From Azolla caroliniana (lineage: Eukaryota; Plantae; Polypodiophyta): 23,206 bases of DNA. The position numbers and the translations under genes were made by a program. The notes under the pieces are model-generated. The model had not been told where the DNA came from, ran no database searches, and saw nothing but the letters and a program-made list of their open reading frames with translations. The stretch is taken from the NCBI GenBank assembly GCA_043228905.1, contig JBHGNT010000485.1, forward strand, positions 1-23,206, read 5' to 3'. Position 1 is the stretch's first letter. Each line of letters opens with the position of its first letter. Of this stretch, positions 21,801-23,206 are shown one piece after another.

Positions 21801-22768
21801 ATGTATATTGTTAAATGACTTTGAATATGTGATATAGCTGTTAAATGAGTTTGAAACTGAAAGAAAGGAGTATGTTAATGTTTCTGCTCCATAAATGCGA
21901 TTCTTTCTGGATCTTCCTACTAGTATCTCTGTCTATTCCCTATCGAACTTTTTCAATTTCCTGGATTTCTTGCCCACTCCTCCCCCATTTCACTCGACCC
22001 TATTCGAGTCCCAAAGCTGAGTAGGTGCCATTCTCCTACCCTTTGAACCAGCAGAAGCAGATTAGCAAGTTGCATCTACAACAAACATTCTAGGTCAAGT
22101 TAAAGTTTTAGGCTTTCAACTAGCCACCAAAGCATCTGTATCATGAGGCATCGAGAATCATGCTTTCGCAGTTTTCTAAAGTTGCCGTCATGCTAATTGT
22201 TGGTTTTCAAATAAATTAGTGATCCCCGAGACCAGATCCACGTTATTTATCCTTGAATTCATGACTGGGAATGAAATCTCTATCACAACACAAGTAATTC
22301 CACGCCAGATATCACCATTTCTTTTATCAATAAATATCTGTTACAAACTTTTTTTCAGAGGGGAGAGAAAGTGACAGTAAAGCTTCCAAACGTTTAATGA
22401 AACACAGAGAAAAAAGAAATCCTCGGTATTCTTTGCATCAATTTAGCATCTGATGAACTATTTAGCATTCATTTTCCAGTTCCCCTGTTGTACAAGATTG
22501 AAACGTGTATAAGTGAGCGAATACCAGATCCATGACTTGTATCATCGAATCTATGGCTAAATAGAAAACCTCGTAAAAGAGTATATCTCGGAACGATCAT
22601 TCCTTCAGCATATCCACATGGAATGTAATCCAAGAAGAAGCAAACCAGAAGAAGAAGAAGAAGAAGATGATGATGATGATGATGAAGAGAGAGAAGGAGG
22701 AGGAATACCTCGTCGTTTTCAGCGACGGATGTTTGTGGCCACTGTGTGTAGAGCGGAGGAGCAGCCAT
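15886..22768 (-). CDS. RNA-binding protein with two RRM domains (RBPMS/couch potato/Scw1-Whi3-like plant family; At3g21215-like from memory), 9 exons, 305 aa
   Basis: Exons (minus): 22768-22709, 20623-20444, 19192-19117, 16968-16845, 16694-16577, 16512-16421, 16326-16257, 16167-16085, 16000-15886; total 918 nt with TAA at 15888-15886. RRM1: EVRTIFVLGFPPDVKERELLNLLRWWPGYEAS...PMGFALF...LRAEMAKKN. Pro/Tyr-rich linker. RRM2: DNPPCNTLFVGNLGE...QPGFKQMK...VCFIEFLDVNSA...GMRLQYSKNPFG. Seven GT-AG introns plus one AT-AC intron. Confidence 0.92.
16001..16084 (-). other. U12-type (minor spliceosome) AT-AC intron, 84 nt
   Basis: Minus strand reads CTA CA|ATATCCTTTTTTTC...TTTGACTTAACTTTTCTTAC|G TAT TCA AAG AAT CCC TTC. 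It has a consensus U12 5' site (ATATCCTT), a branch site GACTTAAC (16017-16010) about 10 nt from the terminal AC, and its removal restores MRLQ-YSKNPFG. Confidence 0.93.
20161..20394. repeat. 114-bp tandem duplication in intron 2 of the RRM gene
   Basis: AAAGTTCAA...CTCTCTATGGACTG...CAGAACTAAATCTTTAAGAGA...TGTCCCTTAGG...CCTAGATATCATAGCCACCCTTTAAA occurs twice with period 114. Confidence 0.9.
22648..22683. repeat. Compound (GAA)6(GAT)6 microsatellite near the start of RRM-gene intron 1
   Basis: Read directly from the sequence. Confidence 0.85.
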
Positions 22769-22782
22769 GGCGTCTCTATCTG

Positions 22783-22784
<2 letters not shown>

Positions 22785-22870
<86 letters not shown>
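22785..22870. repeat. Compound (CT)n(GTCT)n microsatellite immediately upstream of the RRM-gene ATG
   Basis: Read directly; reads (AGAC)n(AG)n in transcript sense and ends 16 nt before the ATG at 22768. Confidence 0.9.
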
Positions 22871-23097
22871 CGCTCGTTCGCCCGATCTCTGTGCTAGCGA
22901 AAGCGATGGCTATGGATGCAGCAGAAACAGACACACAGACAAAAAGAAAAAGAAAAAGAAAATCAAAAAAAGAATAGAAAAGTAAATGGAAGCTCTCTTT
23001 TTCTTTTCGGGTTTTTGTTTTTTTTGTTTCTCTTTATTTTGAAGGTCTCAAGTTTCAACAGAAATACTTGTGTCTCAAAACCGATGGATGGATCAAT

Positions 23098-23206
23098 TCT
23101 TCTTCTTCTTCTTCTTCTAAATGCTTCTTCTTTCTTCTTTGGTCTTCTCAATTCTTCTTCTTCTTCTTCTTCTTCTTCTTCTCGGGTCTTCTCAAATCTT
23201 CTTCTT
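23098..23206. repeat. Interrupted (CTT)n tract
   Basis: Read directly; runs to the window edge. Confidence 0.85.

Noticed and set aside
22699-22708. RRM-gene intron 1 donor GTATTCCTCC resembling a U12 GT-AG site
   Set aside because: Does not match GTATCCTT (extra T at +5), and no convincing CCTTAAC branch site lies near the acceptor at 20624; treated as U2-type.
22597-23151. ORFs overlapping the RRM-gene 5' region, including an apparent overlapping uORF from 22785
   Set aside because: Microsatellite translations; the 22785 ORF begins at GTG, not ATG.

Overview
Eukaryotic, land-plant-like nuclear DNA (AT-rich, microsatellite-rich, large TE-filled introns); no prokaryotic features. It holds two convergent multi-exon genes that I spliced by hand. 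(1) On +, 3689-13477, 14 exons, 625 aa: an EF-hand-containing lysophospholipid acyltransferase of the LPEAT2/LPCAT type. (2) On -, 22768-15886, 9 exons, 305 aa: a double-RRM RNA-binding protein whose last coding intron is a minor-spliceosome (U12-type) AT-AC intron (16001-16084). Other content: a decayed LINE endonuclease upstream of gene 1, a GC-rich promoter island with four CACGTC bZIP-type boxes between mirror-image GAA/CTT tracts, and a 5.6-kb first intron. That intron carries a Ty1/copia RT relic, two inverted copies of a ~450-bp LTR-like element, several tandem duplications and a hairpin. Most ORFs in the supplied track are microsatellite or chance artefacts. I found no convincing wholly new system; the best leads are RNA-level (U12 intron, RNA structures, putative UTR/poison exons). 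Homolog comparisons are from memory, not database searches.
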